Below are positions 19,417 to 27,750 of a stretch of DNA of 37,745 bases, piece after piece; the stretch's first letter is position 1, and each line of letters starts with the position of its first letter. Under the pieces are notes generated by a model. That model worked only from the letters and a program-made list of their open reading frames with translations. It was not told the origin of the DNA and made no database searches. Made by a program: the position numbers and the translations under genes. Source of the stretch: Candidatus Coatesbacteria bacterium (lineage in GTDB: Bacteria > JAFGND01); contig JAFGND010000073.1 of assembly GCA_016927185.1 (NCBI GenBank), positions 1-37,745 of the forward strand. The letters run 5' to 3'.

Positions 19417-20327
19417 GCTGTTCCTTTTGCTTTTGAAGATTTATTCCTGTTAATTCCTTTCAATTCATAAGGACCAACTTTCAAGGTTATATTATTGCAA
19501 ATGCTAGTACAGCGAAGACATCTTATGCAATCAGGATGATTCGGATTCTCATAAACTTTTATTTTGAAGGGACATACATTTACACATAATGTCTTTCCAT
19601 TACATTTATTACAATTCTCTGATACCTGCAATCTCATAATGCTTATTGGATTAAGCAAGCCAAGAAGCGCCCCTAGTGGACATATTGCATTACAAAAAAA
19701 CCGATAGAAAATCATTGATAATATAATTCCGGCTGCAACTGAAGATAGTTTCAGATAAAACAGATTGTCAAGAGACTTATAATCTATCAATCTTGCGTTT
19801 CCCTGCGATGGATTCCAGATAAGCAAAGGCAATCCTGCTTCCAATCCACCCCATGGGCAGAACTTGCAGAAATAAGAGTAATTGCCATCAGGTCCGATTA
19901 TTAATGATAACAATATTGGCAGAAGGAATATAAGAAGTATCAGAACCAGGTACTTGACATATGTCAAAAGAACTGGAATTTGCATTTTTTTCTTTCTGGC
20001 TTTCGCAAGAAAATCCTGCAATAAACCAAATGGACAGCACCATCCACAGAAAAACCTTCCTGCAATAATCCCCAGGAAAAGCATTGTTCCAACTACATAA
20101 AAAGGGATAGTCCTTGCAGAAAGAAGTACCTGCAAAGAACCAATGGGACAGGAAAAACGGGCTAGTGGACATGCATAGCAATTAAGAACCGGAACACAAT
20201 ATTGTTTCAAATCGCCATCATATATTGCTCTATTATTCAGCAGCCCTTCAAAATGTGAATTGACAAGCAATGAAGATAGAAACTGGAAAATTCTTCTTAT
20301 AAGCTGAGTTTTTCTGTTATTGTACAT
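19413..20327 (-). CDS. Membrane polyferredoxin, NapH/MauN-like 4Fe-4S protein
   Basis: LNCYACP...CPIG, GRFFCGWCCPFG, FCKFCP, RFFCNAICPLG, CNKC...CVNVCP, CIRCLRCTSIC; several TM helices. Confidence 0.88.
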   Translation of the reverse strand: MYNNRKTQLIRRIFQFLSSLLVNSHFEGLLNNRAIYDGDLKQYCVPVLNCYACPLARFSCPIGSLQVLLSARTIPFYVVGTMLFLGIIAGRFFCGWCCPFGLLQDFLAKARKKKMQIPVLLTYVKYLVLILLIFLLPILLSLIIGPDGNYSYFCKFCPWGGLEAGLPLLIWNPSQGNARLIDYKSLDNLFYLKLSSVAAGIILSMIFYRFFCNAICPLGALLGLLNPISIMRLQVSENCNKCNGKTLCVNVCPFKIKVYENPNHPDCIRCLRCTSICNNITLKVGPYELKGINRNKSSKAKGTA

Positions 20328-21706
20328 TATTTTTTCAAATATTCTTTAGCAACATTCTTGAAGCTTCTTTTGAATTTCGAAGCTTTTTCAAATATTTCAC
20401 TAAATCCATTACTATTATACAGAATCAGGGATGAATGCAAGGTTTTCAACATAGTCTCAAGTTCTAATTTCTTGATATGCAAGGAATTAACTTGACTGAC
20501 TGATAAACCTAAATCCCTGTAAATTTTTGATATACCTGTTGAATGACCTCCTATAATAAGGCACCTGTATTTTAAAGCTCTCATAAAATCAAGGTTTGGA
20601 TATTTTATTTGCGGCAGAAACAAGAAGAAATCTGAAGATTTGTAATATTCTGAAATATTCTTTCCTCCAGTTATAATCTTCATTTTATGAGGAAAATCCT
20701 TCCAGATCTTGTACAATTCCATGTCTTGTGTTATATCAATAGCTGGATACAATATCCAGTTACAATCATATTTCAAGAGTGCTTCTTTTATGAAATCAGC
20801 TACTATTGGATAGCTAGCAGTTTCTTTATAAATATTTAAGAATATCAATGGAAGACTATTTTCACTGAATGGCATATTCTCAAGAAGTTTCATCTTGGTT
20901 TCGTGCTTATCTTCAATGCTTATTGTGATATGATCTTTCGAACCAGGCTTAATCCATGATACATTATCTTCCCTGAACTGAAGTAAATCCTCAAGACCGA
21001 AACTCATATGTTCTTCAATAATCTCTGAAAGCGAGCTTCCAAGAGGGATTATAATCTTGTCTGAAAAAACCAATCCACCTTTTATAAAACTCATTTGCCC
21101 CCAGAATTCCAGTTCCCTGTAATTAAAGATTTTCCAGTCAAACTCAAGTTCAGGTACAAGATACTTGGAAAACAATCCTTGATTACATAGATTGAATGCC
21201 ACAAAACTAATGTATGGAATATTATCCTTGTTGACATCTTCAAGAGTTTTTAAATAAACAGGGATTAAGCCAGTCTGCCAGTCAAATGCAAAGATTCTGT
21301 CAAATCCATCATTAATATAGTTCAAAGATTCAACTGAAGCCCTGCAGAATGAACCAAATCTCAATCCGTTATCAATGAAATAGTTATTATAAATTCCATA
21401 GTAACCATCCCTGTTAAAAAAATCATCTGAATCCAGTGTCAGCAGTTTATAATTCTGTCTTGTTTTAAGCTCATTCAGTTTGAACAACCTGTCTTGATAG
21501 CCTGAATTTATCTTGAATTCTGCTAGCTTAATCTTATTTTCTATCAAATTTGCACATGATTCATAAAGGTTTTTATAACCAGGAATCATAACATATAAAT
21601 CTATCTCATTTTCTATAAACCCTTGTGAAAGGCTTGATAAATAATAACTCAGCTCACTAATCTGAGTAAATGGTGCAATTTCCGGACTTACTATTAGTAC
21701 TTTCAC
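20327..21706 (-). CDS. Glycogen synthase (GT5)-like protein with degenerate catalytic motifs
   Basis: GlgA scaffold visible (SPEIAPF, DNGLRF, DWQTGLIPVYLK, NQG, FIKGGLVFSD, SDFFL) but KTGGL, HN, R/K and EPCGL absent; GTG start. Confidence 0.8.
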   Translation of the reverse strand: MKVLIVSPEIAPFTQISELSYYLSSLSQGFIENEIDLYVMIPGYKNLYESCANLIENKIKLAEFKINSGYQDRLFKLNELKTRQNYKLLTLDSDDFFNRDGYYGIYNNYFIDNGLRFGSFCRASVESLNYINDGFDRIFAFDWQTGLIPVYLKTLEDVNKDNIPYISFVAFNLCNQGLFSKYLVPELEFDWKIFNYRELEFWGQMSFIKGGLVFSDKIIIPLGSSLSEIIEEHMSFGLEDLLQFREDNVSWIKPGSKDHITISIEDKHETKMKLLENMPFSENSLPLIFLNIYKETASYPIVADFIKEALLKYDCNWILYPAIDITQDMELYKIWKDFPHKMKIITGGKNISEYYKSSDFFLFLPQIKYPNLDFMRALKYRCLIIGGHSTGISKIYRDLGLSVSQVNSLHIKKLELETMLKTLHSSLILYNSNGFSEIFEKASKFKRSFKNVAKEYLKK

Positions 21707-21758
21707 AATATTCCTGTCAATAAAGCAAAACAGTTAACATACCTTATTTATTGAGCTC

Positions 21759-23453
21759 TTATGTCAATGGAAAAGTCTTTGCATGTCGTCCAAGCAGAAC
21801 ATTAAATTGTCTTCTTTTCTCCCCATCCTTTTTCGCTACATATATTCTCTTGTTATTCCTGTAATCCTTTTCAGCTAAGTACATTCCTGTTGCAATCGTT
21901 CCCGGTGAGGGAAGGAAAGCCTGAACTTGTTCCGGGTGCCACTTGAATTTCTTGAAAAAACTTTCTATCTCCTTCATATTCTCCAGCGAACATCCTGGAA
22001 AGCCAGATATGAAATACGGAACCAGAAAAACCTCTTTATTCAGCTTTTTCTTGAAATTCTCCAGTTTTTCCATGAATTTCAAAAGCTCTGCTATTGAAGG
22101 TTTTCTCATTAATTTCAGTACATTTTCAGAAACATGTTCAGGAGCTATTTTAAGTTGGCCTGAGACATGATCCCTGATAAGCACTTCGAGTACTTCTTCA
22201 CTCAAGAGCTCATACCTGAAACCAGAGCCAATAGTCAAGTGCTTTATTCCCTTTACCTTGCCTACTTCTCTCCACAAATCAAGCAGTCTTGAATCCTCTA
22301 TTTCAAGATGTACACATTTAGTTGGAAACAAGCAGCTTACTTTGTTGCATGAAAAATCATTACTGCATTTCACTCCATACAAATTTGCTGTAGCCCCTCC
22401 TAAATCCTTTATATGCCCCTTGAAATTCCTGTTCTTTTTTATTGCATGAGTTTCCCTCAACACGCTTTCAATACTTCTGCTTACTATTCTCTTTCCCTGA
22501 TGAAAAGAAAGGGAGCAGAAAGTGCAAGCTCCTCCACAACCCCTTACTACAGTGATCGAGTTCTGAACACTCTCAAGCGCATGTATGCCATCTTTATAAA
22601 AAGGATGCGAACCTCTTGAATATGGTAATTCATATAAAGCATCGAATTCCTTGATTGAGAGCTGTTCAGATGGAGGATAATGCACAAGTCTCTTGTTCCC
22701 ATGCATTTGTACAATGGTCATGGAAGGAATAGAATTGACTATCTCTTCTGCTTCCTTTGTTGCTTTCAAGAGAAGACTCTTATCATTTATTATGCTTTCA
22801 TAAGACGGAATTTCCCTGAATTTTTCCAGTTTTCTTTCCCTCTCCATCATTATGCATGTTCCATTTATTCCATAAAGATCAGCTTTTTTTTCTATCCTGT
22901 CCAGGACTTTTACAAATGCTTTCTCTGCCATACCATAAATCAGGATATCAGCCTTGGAATCAGCCAGTATTGATCTTCTTATTCTATCTGCCCAGTAATC
23001 ATAATGAACAAACCTTCTCATAGAAGATTCAATACCACCTAAAATGATAATTGAATCTCTGTATGCTGCTCTTGCCATATCTGCATAGACAAGGACTGCC
23101 CTGTTCGGTCTCATACCCATCTTTTGATCAGGTGAAAAAGAATCCAAGCTTCTCAGGCATCTGAATGAGGTATAATGATTTACCATTGAATCCATGTTTC
23201 CAGAAGTAATTGCAAAACATAATTCAGGTTTCCCTAGCTGCCTGAATTGCTCAATATTATTCCAGTCAGGTTGAGGAATTATGGCAGTCCTGTAACCTCT
23301 TGAAACAAGATATCTTCCAAGCAGAGCAGCACCGAATGAAGGATGATCTGCATAAGCATCGCCTGTAATAATAATTACATCCGCTTCATGCCATCCCAGT
23401 TCCTTAAGCTCATTTCTGCTTATTGGAAGGAATTCTGGTTGTTTCAGGCTCAT
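21759..23453 (-). CDS. ygiQ: YgiQ-family radical SAM protein
   Basis: ITGDAYADHPSFG, GNMDSMVNHYT, RRFVHYDYW, GCGGACTFC, DLGG.TAN, GQLKIAPEH, PYFISGFPG. Confidence 0.92.
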   Translation of the reverse strand: MSLKQPEFLPISRNELKELGWHEADVIIITGDAYADHPSFGAALLGRYLVSRGYRTAIIPQPDWNNIEQFRQLGKPELCFAITSGNMDSMVNHYTSFRCLRSLDSFSPDQKMGMRPNRAVLVYADMARAAYRDSIIILGGIESSMRRFVHYDYWADRIRRSILADSKADILIYGMAEKAFVKVLDRIEKKADLYGINGTCIMMERERKLEKFREIPSYESIINDKSLLLKATKEAEEIVNSIPSMTIVQMHGNKRLVHYPPSEQLSIKEFDALYELPYSRGSHPFYKDGIHALESVQNSITVVRGCGGACTFCSLSFHQGKRIVSRSIESVLRETHAIKKNRNFKGHIKDLGGATANLYGVKCSNDFSCNKVSCLFPTKCVHLEIEDSRLLDLWREVGKVKGIKHLTIGSGFRYELLSEEVLEVLIRDHVSGQLKIAPEHVSENVLKLMRKPSIAELLKFMEKLENFKKKLNKEVFLVPYFISGFPGCSLENMKEIESFFKKFKWHPEQVQAFLPSPGTIATGMYLAEKDYRNNKRIYVAKKDGEKRRQFNVLLGRHAKTFPLT

Positions 23454-24699
23454 CTACTAATTCCTCGGTTTCCTCTTCTTCTTTTTCATTTAAAATTTTG
23501 GCTTTCTTTCTCAAATATACCCTGGGAGTTTTCTCATCATTCTGCCATGGAGTGAAATCCTTATTGTAAAAATTCTTGAGACTGCCTAATGCTGACTCAA
23601 GTTCTGTTTTGTAATTCATTTCATAACAACATCTTGCGTATAACCTTACAAGCCAGATATGGAAAATTTCTCTTCCCTCTTTCTTTGGTATCTGCCAGTA
23701 AAGCTGTTGTTCATAAGGTCTTTCCAATAGAGTCAATGCACTCTTTATATTACCTCTCCTGATTGATTCCTGTGCTTTTATCAACTTGGGATACAAGTAA
23801 TTAGCCAGATCAGGATCTGACTTGTTGAAAATCTCTTCCTCGCTTTCATCCCAGGTGTTTCTCAGATTTTCTATTTTCCTGTCTGTTTCTTCAACGCTCT
23901 TGTCAGGGTCAAAATCCTTGAAAGCAAGTCCTTCATAACCATAGAATCTGACTGAAATACTAGTAATTGGATGGGATTTCAAATAATCAAGCATGCATAA
24001 AGCCATTTCAGGAGGGCAATTCGTATTAGTGAAAGTGTACAAGGTCATTGCATATGATTTAGGATTTTGAACTGCCTTTGTCAATTGCTTCTCTATCAAC
24101 CACTTAATGAATTCGCCCTGATTGAGTCCCCTTTGATAACTCCCACCTTTAAGAGTCTTCCTGTGTCTCAAGTGCTTCAATACATCAACCCCATCTAATC
24201 CTATAAAGTCGCAGAAACCAATGACTTGCGAAAATCCTACTTCAGCAAAATAGTCTATCTTCTGTTTGGATGCCGATTCAATAAGTTCAATCAGGACTTC
24301 TCTTCCATATATCGGATATATATGAGCGAGAATCTGTGAACTATCTTCCAGTTTCTTGAGTCTGTCTGTAAGCGGAAGTTGATTAGCAAGCATATCTCTT
24401 CCGAATGATAATATTACCACTTTCTTCTTCTCTGGATAATAGGTTATCAGATGAATCGCGTCAGTTCTTCCTCTCTTCACACCTTTTCTGCAGTCCAATC
24501 CCAGAGCCAGAAGATTGATTTTCTCAGGCAGAGCCTCGTATTTCTTTGGGGGATTTATATATATCTTCCTGAAAGCCTTCTGAAAGACTACTGCATCATT
24601 ATTCTCAGAATTTCTCAGGAAAATTTTCCAGATAACTATCGATATAATAAACAAGACAACTATAAGTGATATTATGAATATTCTTTTTCTTGCTGTCAT
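23410..24699 (-). CDS. LCP (LytR-CpsA-Psr) family protein with helical C-terminal extension
   Basis: N-terminal TM; LALGLD, GRTDAIHL, LSFGRD, RHR...R..NQ; overlaps the ygiQ start by 44 nt. Confidence 0.8.
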   Translation of the reverse strand: MTARKRIFIISLIVVLFIISIVIWKIFLRNSENNDAVVFQKAFRKIYINPPKKYEALPEKINLLALGLDCRKGVKRGRTDAIHLITYYPEKKKVVILSFGRDMLANQLPLTDRLKKLEDSSQILAHIYPIYGREVLIELIESASKQKIDYFAEVGFSQVIGFCDFIGLDGVDVLKHLRHRKTLKGGSYQRGLNQGEFIKWLIEKQLTKAVQNPKSYAMTLYTFTNTNCPPEMALCMLDYLKSHPITSISVRFYGYEGLAFKDFDPDKSVEETDRKIENLRNTWDESEEEIFNKSDPDLANYLYPKLIKAQESIRRGNIKSALTLLERPYEQQLYWQIPKKEGREIFHIWLVRLYARCCYEMNYKTELESALGSLKNFYNKDFTPWQNDEKTPRVYLRKKAKILNEKEEEETEELVDEPETTRIPSNKQK

Positions 24700-24843
24700 A
24701 ACGATTTAACTGAAATTCAAGCATAATTCGGTCAAGAGAAAAGAGAGTTATAAATAATCCCTTGCCTATACATGATAGTAATTTCTGAAAACCAGAAATC
24801 CTGTCATGGATTTATTTCAGGATATATTTCCTTGTCTTTTTTT

Positions 24844-26139
24844 TTAGTTAGTTTTCACTACCCTCTTGCAATCTTTCCCAGACTTCACTATATAAACTCC
24901 CTCTATCCATTTGCTTGTATCAAGTTCATGTTTGCCTTTATCTAGTTTCATTATCAGCTTACCAGTCAAAGAATAGACAGCTCCCGAAGATGGCAGGGAG
25001 AGGGACAAGCAGGTTGAAAAGGGGTTGGGGGAAATAGAGAAGGATTTGGCAGGGATATAAGAAGCTGATTTGTTATCCCTGAAACCACCATATTCATAGG
25101 TTTCTATTGCATAGAGATAAGTATCACCACTCCCAATATAAACAACTCCATCAGAAACACAAGGAGAAGACCAACCACCCCCTGTCTGATATCTCCATTT
25201 AAGGGATCCATCTGAGTAGTTTATTGCATAAAGATAAGCATCTAGACTACCAAAATAAACAACTCCATCAGAAATACAGGGAGAAGAAAGAACATCATTA
25301 CCTGTCTGATATCTCCATTTAAGGGATCCAACTGAACAGTTTATTGCATAAAGATAATTATCACAACTTCCAATATAAACTGCTCCATCTAAGATACAAG
25401 GGGAAGAGTGAATATTAGATCCTGTCTGATAGTTCCATTTATGAGTTCCATCAGAACAATTTATTGCAGAAAGGCCATTACCTACTCCAATATAAACAAC
25501 TCCATCTGAAACGCGAGGGGAGGAAAAGATAATATAACTAACTAAATAGCTTCGCCATTTACCAGATCCATCTGAGCAGTTTACTGCAACAAGATGACCA
25601 TAGTATGATGCCATACGATCATCCCAATAACTATCACCAACATATACAACTCCACCTGAAACACAAGGAGAAGATTCAGCATAACTACCTATTTTATATT
25701 TCCACCTAATAGTTCCGTCTGAGCAATTTATTGCATAAAGATTAGCATCACAACTTGCAATATAAACAACTCCATCTGAAACACAGGGAGAGGATTTGAT
25801 ATATCCACCTGTCCCATATCTCCATTTAAGAGTTCCATCTGAGCAGTTTATTGCATAAAGATAATTGTCATTACTTCCAATAAAAACAACTCCAGCTGAG
25901 ACACAAGAGGAAGACCAAATATTATTTCCTGTCTTGTATCTCCATTTAAGAGCTCCTGTTGAGCAGTTTATTGCATAAAGATAATTATCATAACCTCCAA
26001 CAAAAACAACTCCAGCTGAGACACAAGGAGTAGAATTAACGTAATTATCTGTTTTGTACCTCCATATCAAATCCCCGGGGGCCGAGAAAAGCAGACTAGA
26101 TAATAATAACAGAATTATGATAACTAAAAGATTTCTCAT
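24844..26139 (-). CDS. Secreted 8-bladed PQQ-like (BamB-type) beta-propeller with short T9SS-type CTD
   Basis: Signal peptide; eight ~40-aa repeats LKWRYxTG...SSPCVSDGVVYIGS.D.YLYAINCSDG; tail SPNPF...VYSLTGK...GVYIV...RVVK; SD AAGGAG. Confidence 0.9.
   Translation of the reverse strand: MRNLLVIIILLLLSSLLFSAPGDLIWRYKTDNYVNSTPCVSAGVVFVGGYDNYLYAINCSTGALKWRYKTGNNIWSSSCVSAGVVFIGSNDNYLYAINCSDGTLKWRYGTGGYIKSSPCVSDGVVYIASCDANLYAINCSDGTIRWKYKIGSYAESSPCVSGGVVYVGDSYWDDRMASYYGHLVAVNCSDGSGKWRSYLVSYIIFSSPRVSDGVVYIGVGNGLSAINCSDGTHKWNYQTGSNIHSSPCILDGAVYIGSCDNYLYAINCSVGSLKWRYQTGNDVLSSPCISDGVVYFGSLDAYLYAINYSDGSLKWRYQTGGGWSSPCVSDGVVYIGSGDTYLYAIETYEYGGFRDNKSASYIPAKSFSISPNPFSTCLSLSLPSSGAVYSLTGKLIMKLDKGKHELDTSKWIEGVYIVKSGKDCKRVVKTN
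24854..24923. repeat. Copy 1 of a 70-nt direct repeat (CTD 3' end)
   Basis: 68/70 identical to 26160-26229; first 47 nt identical. Confidence 0.95.
25105..26065. repeat. Intragenic tandem repeat, ~120-nt period, about 8 units
   Basis: Recurring TATCTCCATTTAAG, CAGTTTATTGCATAAAGATAA, AACAACTCCA; compare 25801-25920 with 25921-26040. Confidence 0.92.
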
Positions 26140-26149
26140 TTTGATCTCC

Positions 26150-27625
26150 TTAATTTACCTTCACTACCCTCTTGCAATCTTTCCCAGACTTCACTATATA
26201 AACTCCTTCTCTCCATTTGCTTGTATCAATAGAGTGCTTGCCTTTCGGTAAAGAAACAATTCTCTGACCAAGAGTATTAAATATATATGCATTTTCAGGA
26301 AGAGAAAGTGAAAGATTATTCTTGAACGGACATGGATAAGCGATTATTTTTTCAGGAGTGCTTTTGTTGAAATGCCATTCTTTACTGAAACCCACTCTTG
26401 AAATTGTGAAACAGTTATCACTACAATCAGTTGTACTGTTGTGCTTATCTGAAATATCAACAAGACACTGCTCAGACGGCGTATTCGGGACTGTCCATGA
26501 GTAAGATGCAGGATTAGCAGGGACTTCTGCTATATCAGTCCATATACTTCCTCCATCAATTGAATATCTGATCTTGACAGTATCAATATTTGCACATTCC
26601 CACTCAATTTGCTGAACCGAACCAACAGTCCAGTTTTCTCCTCCATTCGGACTAATCACTTTGATGGATTTACTACTTGATTGACAAAAAATAACAGATT
26701 GAACGGTTGCAGAATGTCCAGTCAATGTCCTTATACAAGTGCCATCAGATATTTTCCACAGCTTGATATTCCAGTCTGCACTTGCTGAAATTGCATATTC
26801 TCCATCACTACTGATATCTACTCCTGCCAGACCGTATGAATGACCTTCAAATACCATCATACATACACCATCAGACAGCCTTGAATACTTCATGGTTTTA
26901 TCTGAACTACCTGACAACACAAAGTTGCCATCAGGGGAAAACCTTACTGAATAAACTGGAGAAGAATGCACATTAATTGTCCTAATACATGATGAATCAG
27001 CCAGATTCCAGTATTTGATTGATCTGTCAACACTTCCTGTTAATGCATATCTGTAATCAGGACTGAATACAATTGAATTTACACTTAAATCATGACCTCT
27101 TAAAACCATAAGGCATGTTTCTGATGGAATATCCCAGTATCTTGCAAACATTCCTCTTTCTCCCGATAATACATATATACCATCTCCGCTTATGTCAACT
27201 GACATAACTGCATCAGGATATCCTGTCAGGGTTTTCAAGCATACTCCATCGGATAATCTCCAGTATTTGATTGTGTTATCCCAGGCTCCTGAAAGAGCAT
27301 ATCTGCCATTAGAGCTGAAGACGCAAGTATTGGGCTCATAAGTATGTCCTGAGAGCGTTTGCAATAAAGCTCCATCAGGCAAACGCCAGTATTTTACATT
27401 CATATCATAACCGCATGACAGAGCATACAAGCAATCATTGCTTACATCTACTTCATCAACATACCTTTCACAATGAACCATTGTTCTTATGCATTCTCCA
27501 GTATTCAAATCCCAGTATTTTACTGTTCCATCATCACTTCCTGAAATAGCAAATGAAGGTTGTTCTGCATTCAAGACAGATGATAAAGAAATGGAAAAGA
27601 TTAAAGACAATAGTAACATTTTCAT
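26150..27625 (-). CDS. Secreted 7-bladed WD40 protein with Ig-like domain and short T9SS-type CTD
   Basis: Signal peptide; seven 42-aa repeats (YALSG..D.TIKYW.L.DG.C..TL.GH); VISPNGGE.W...YSIDGG..W...YSWTVP; YPCPF...GVYIV...RVVK. Confidence 0.9.
   Translation of the reverse strand: MKMLLLSLIFSISLSSVLNAEQPSFAISGSDDGTVKYWDLNTGECIRTMVHCERYVDEVDVSNDCLYALSCGYDMNVKYWRLPDGALLQTLSGHTYEPNTCVFSSNGRYALSGAWDNTIKYWRLSDGVCLKTLTGYPDAVMSVDISGDGIYVLSGERGMFARYWDIPSETCLMVLRGHDLSVNSIVFSPDYRYALTGSVDRSIKYWNLADSSCIRTINVHSSPVYSVRFSPDGNFVLSGSSDKTMKYSRLSDGVCMMVFEGHSYGLAGVDISSDGEYAISASADWNIKLWKISDGTCIRTLTGHSATVQSVIFCQSSSKSIKVISPNGGENWTVGSVQQIEWECANIDTVKIRYSIDGGSIWTDIAEVPANPASYSWTVPNTPSEQCLVDISDKHNSTTDCSDNCFTISRVGFSKEWHFNKSTPEKIIAYPCPFKNNLSLSLPENAYIFNTLGQRIVSLPKGKHSIDTSKWREGVYIVKSGKDCKRVVKVN
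26160..26229. repeat. Copy 2 of the 70-nt direct repeat (CTD 3' end)
   Basis: 68/70 identical to 24854-24923. Confidence 0.95.
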
Positions 27626-27750
27626 TCTAGAATCCTTATTTGAACCGATGTAAATTCTTCTGTTTCATAAAGAAATTGTCAAGGTTTTTATTTAATTTAT
27701 TCAGCCCCTAGACATCAAGAATAAATGAGAACTTTATAAAATTTTCCTGC

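Noticed and set aside
25105-26065. CRISPR array or diversity-generating retroelement target (variable codons often look like AAT to NNT changes)
   Set aside because: The repeats are in-frame protein blades without unique spacers; no cas, reverse transcriptase, Avd or non-coding template repeat in the window; T at third positions is expected in an AT-rich genome
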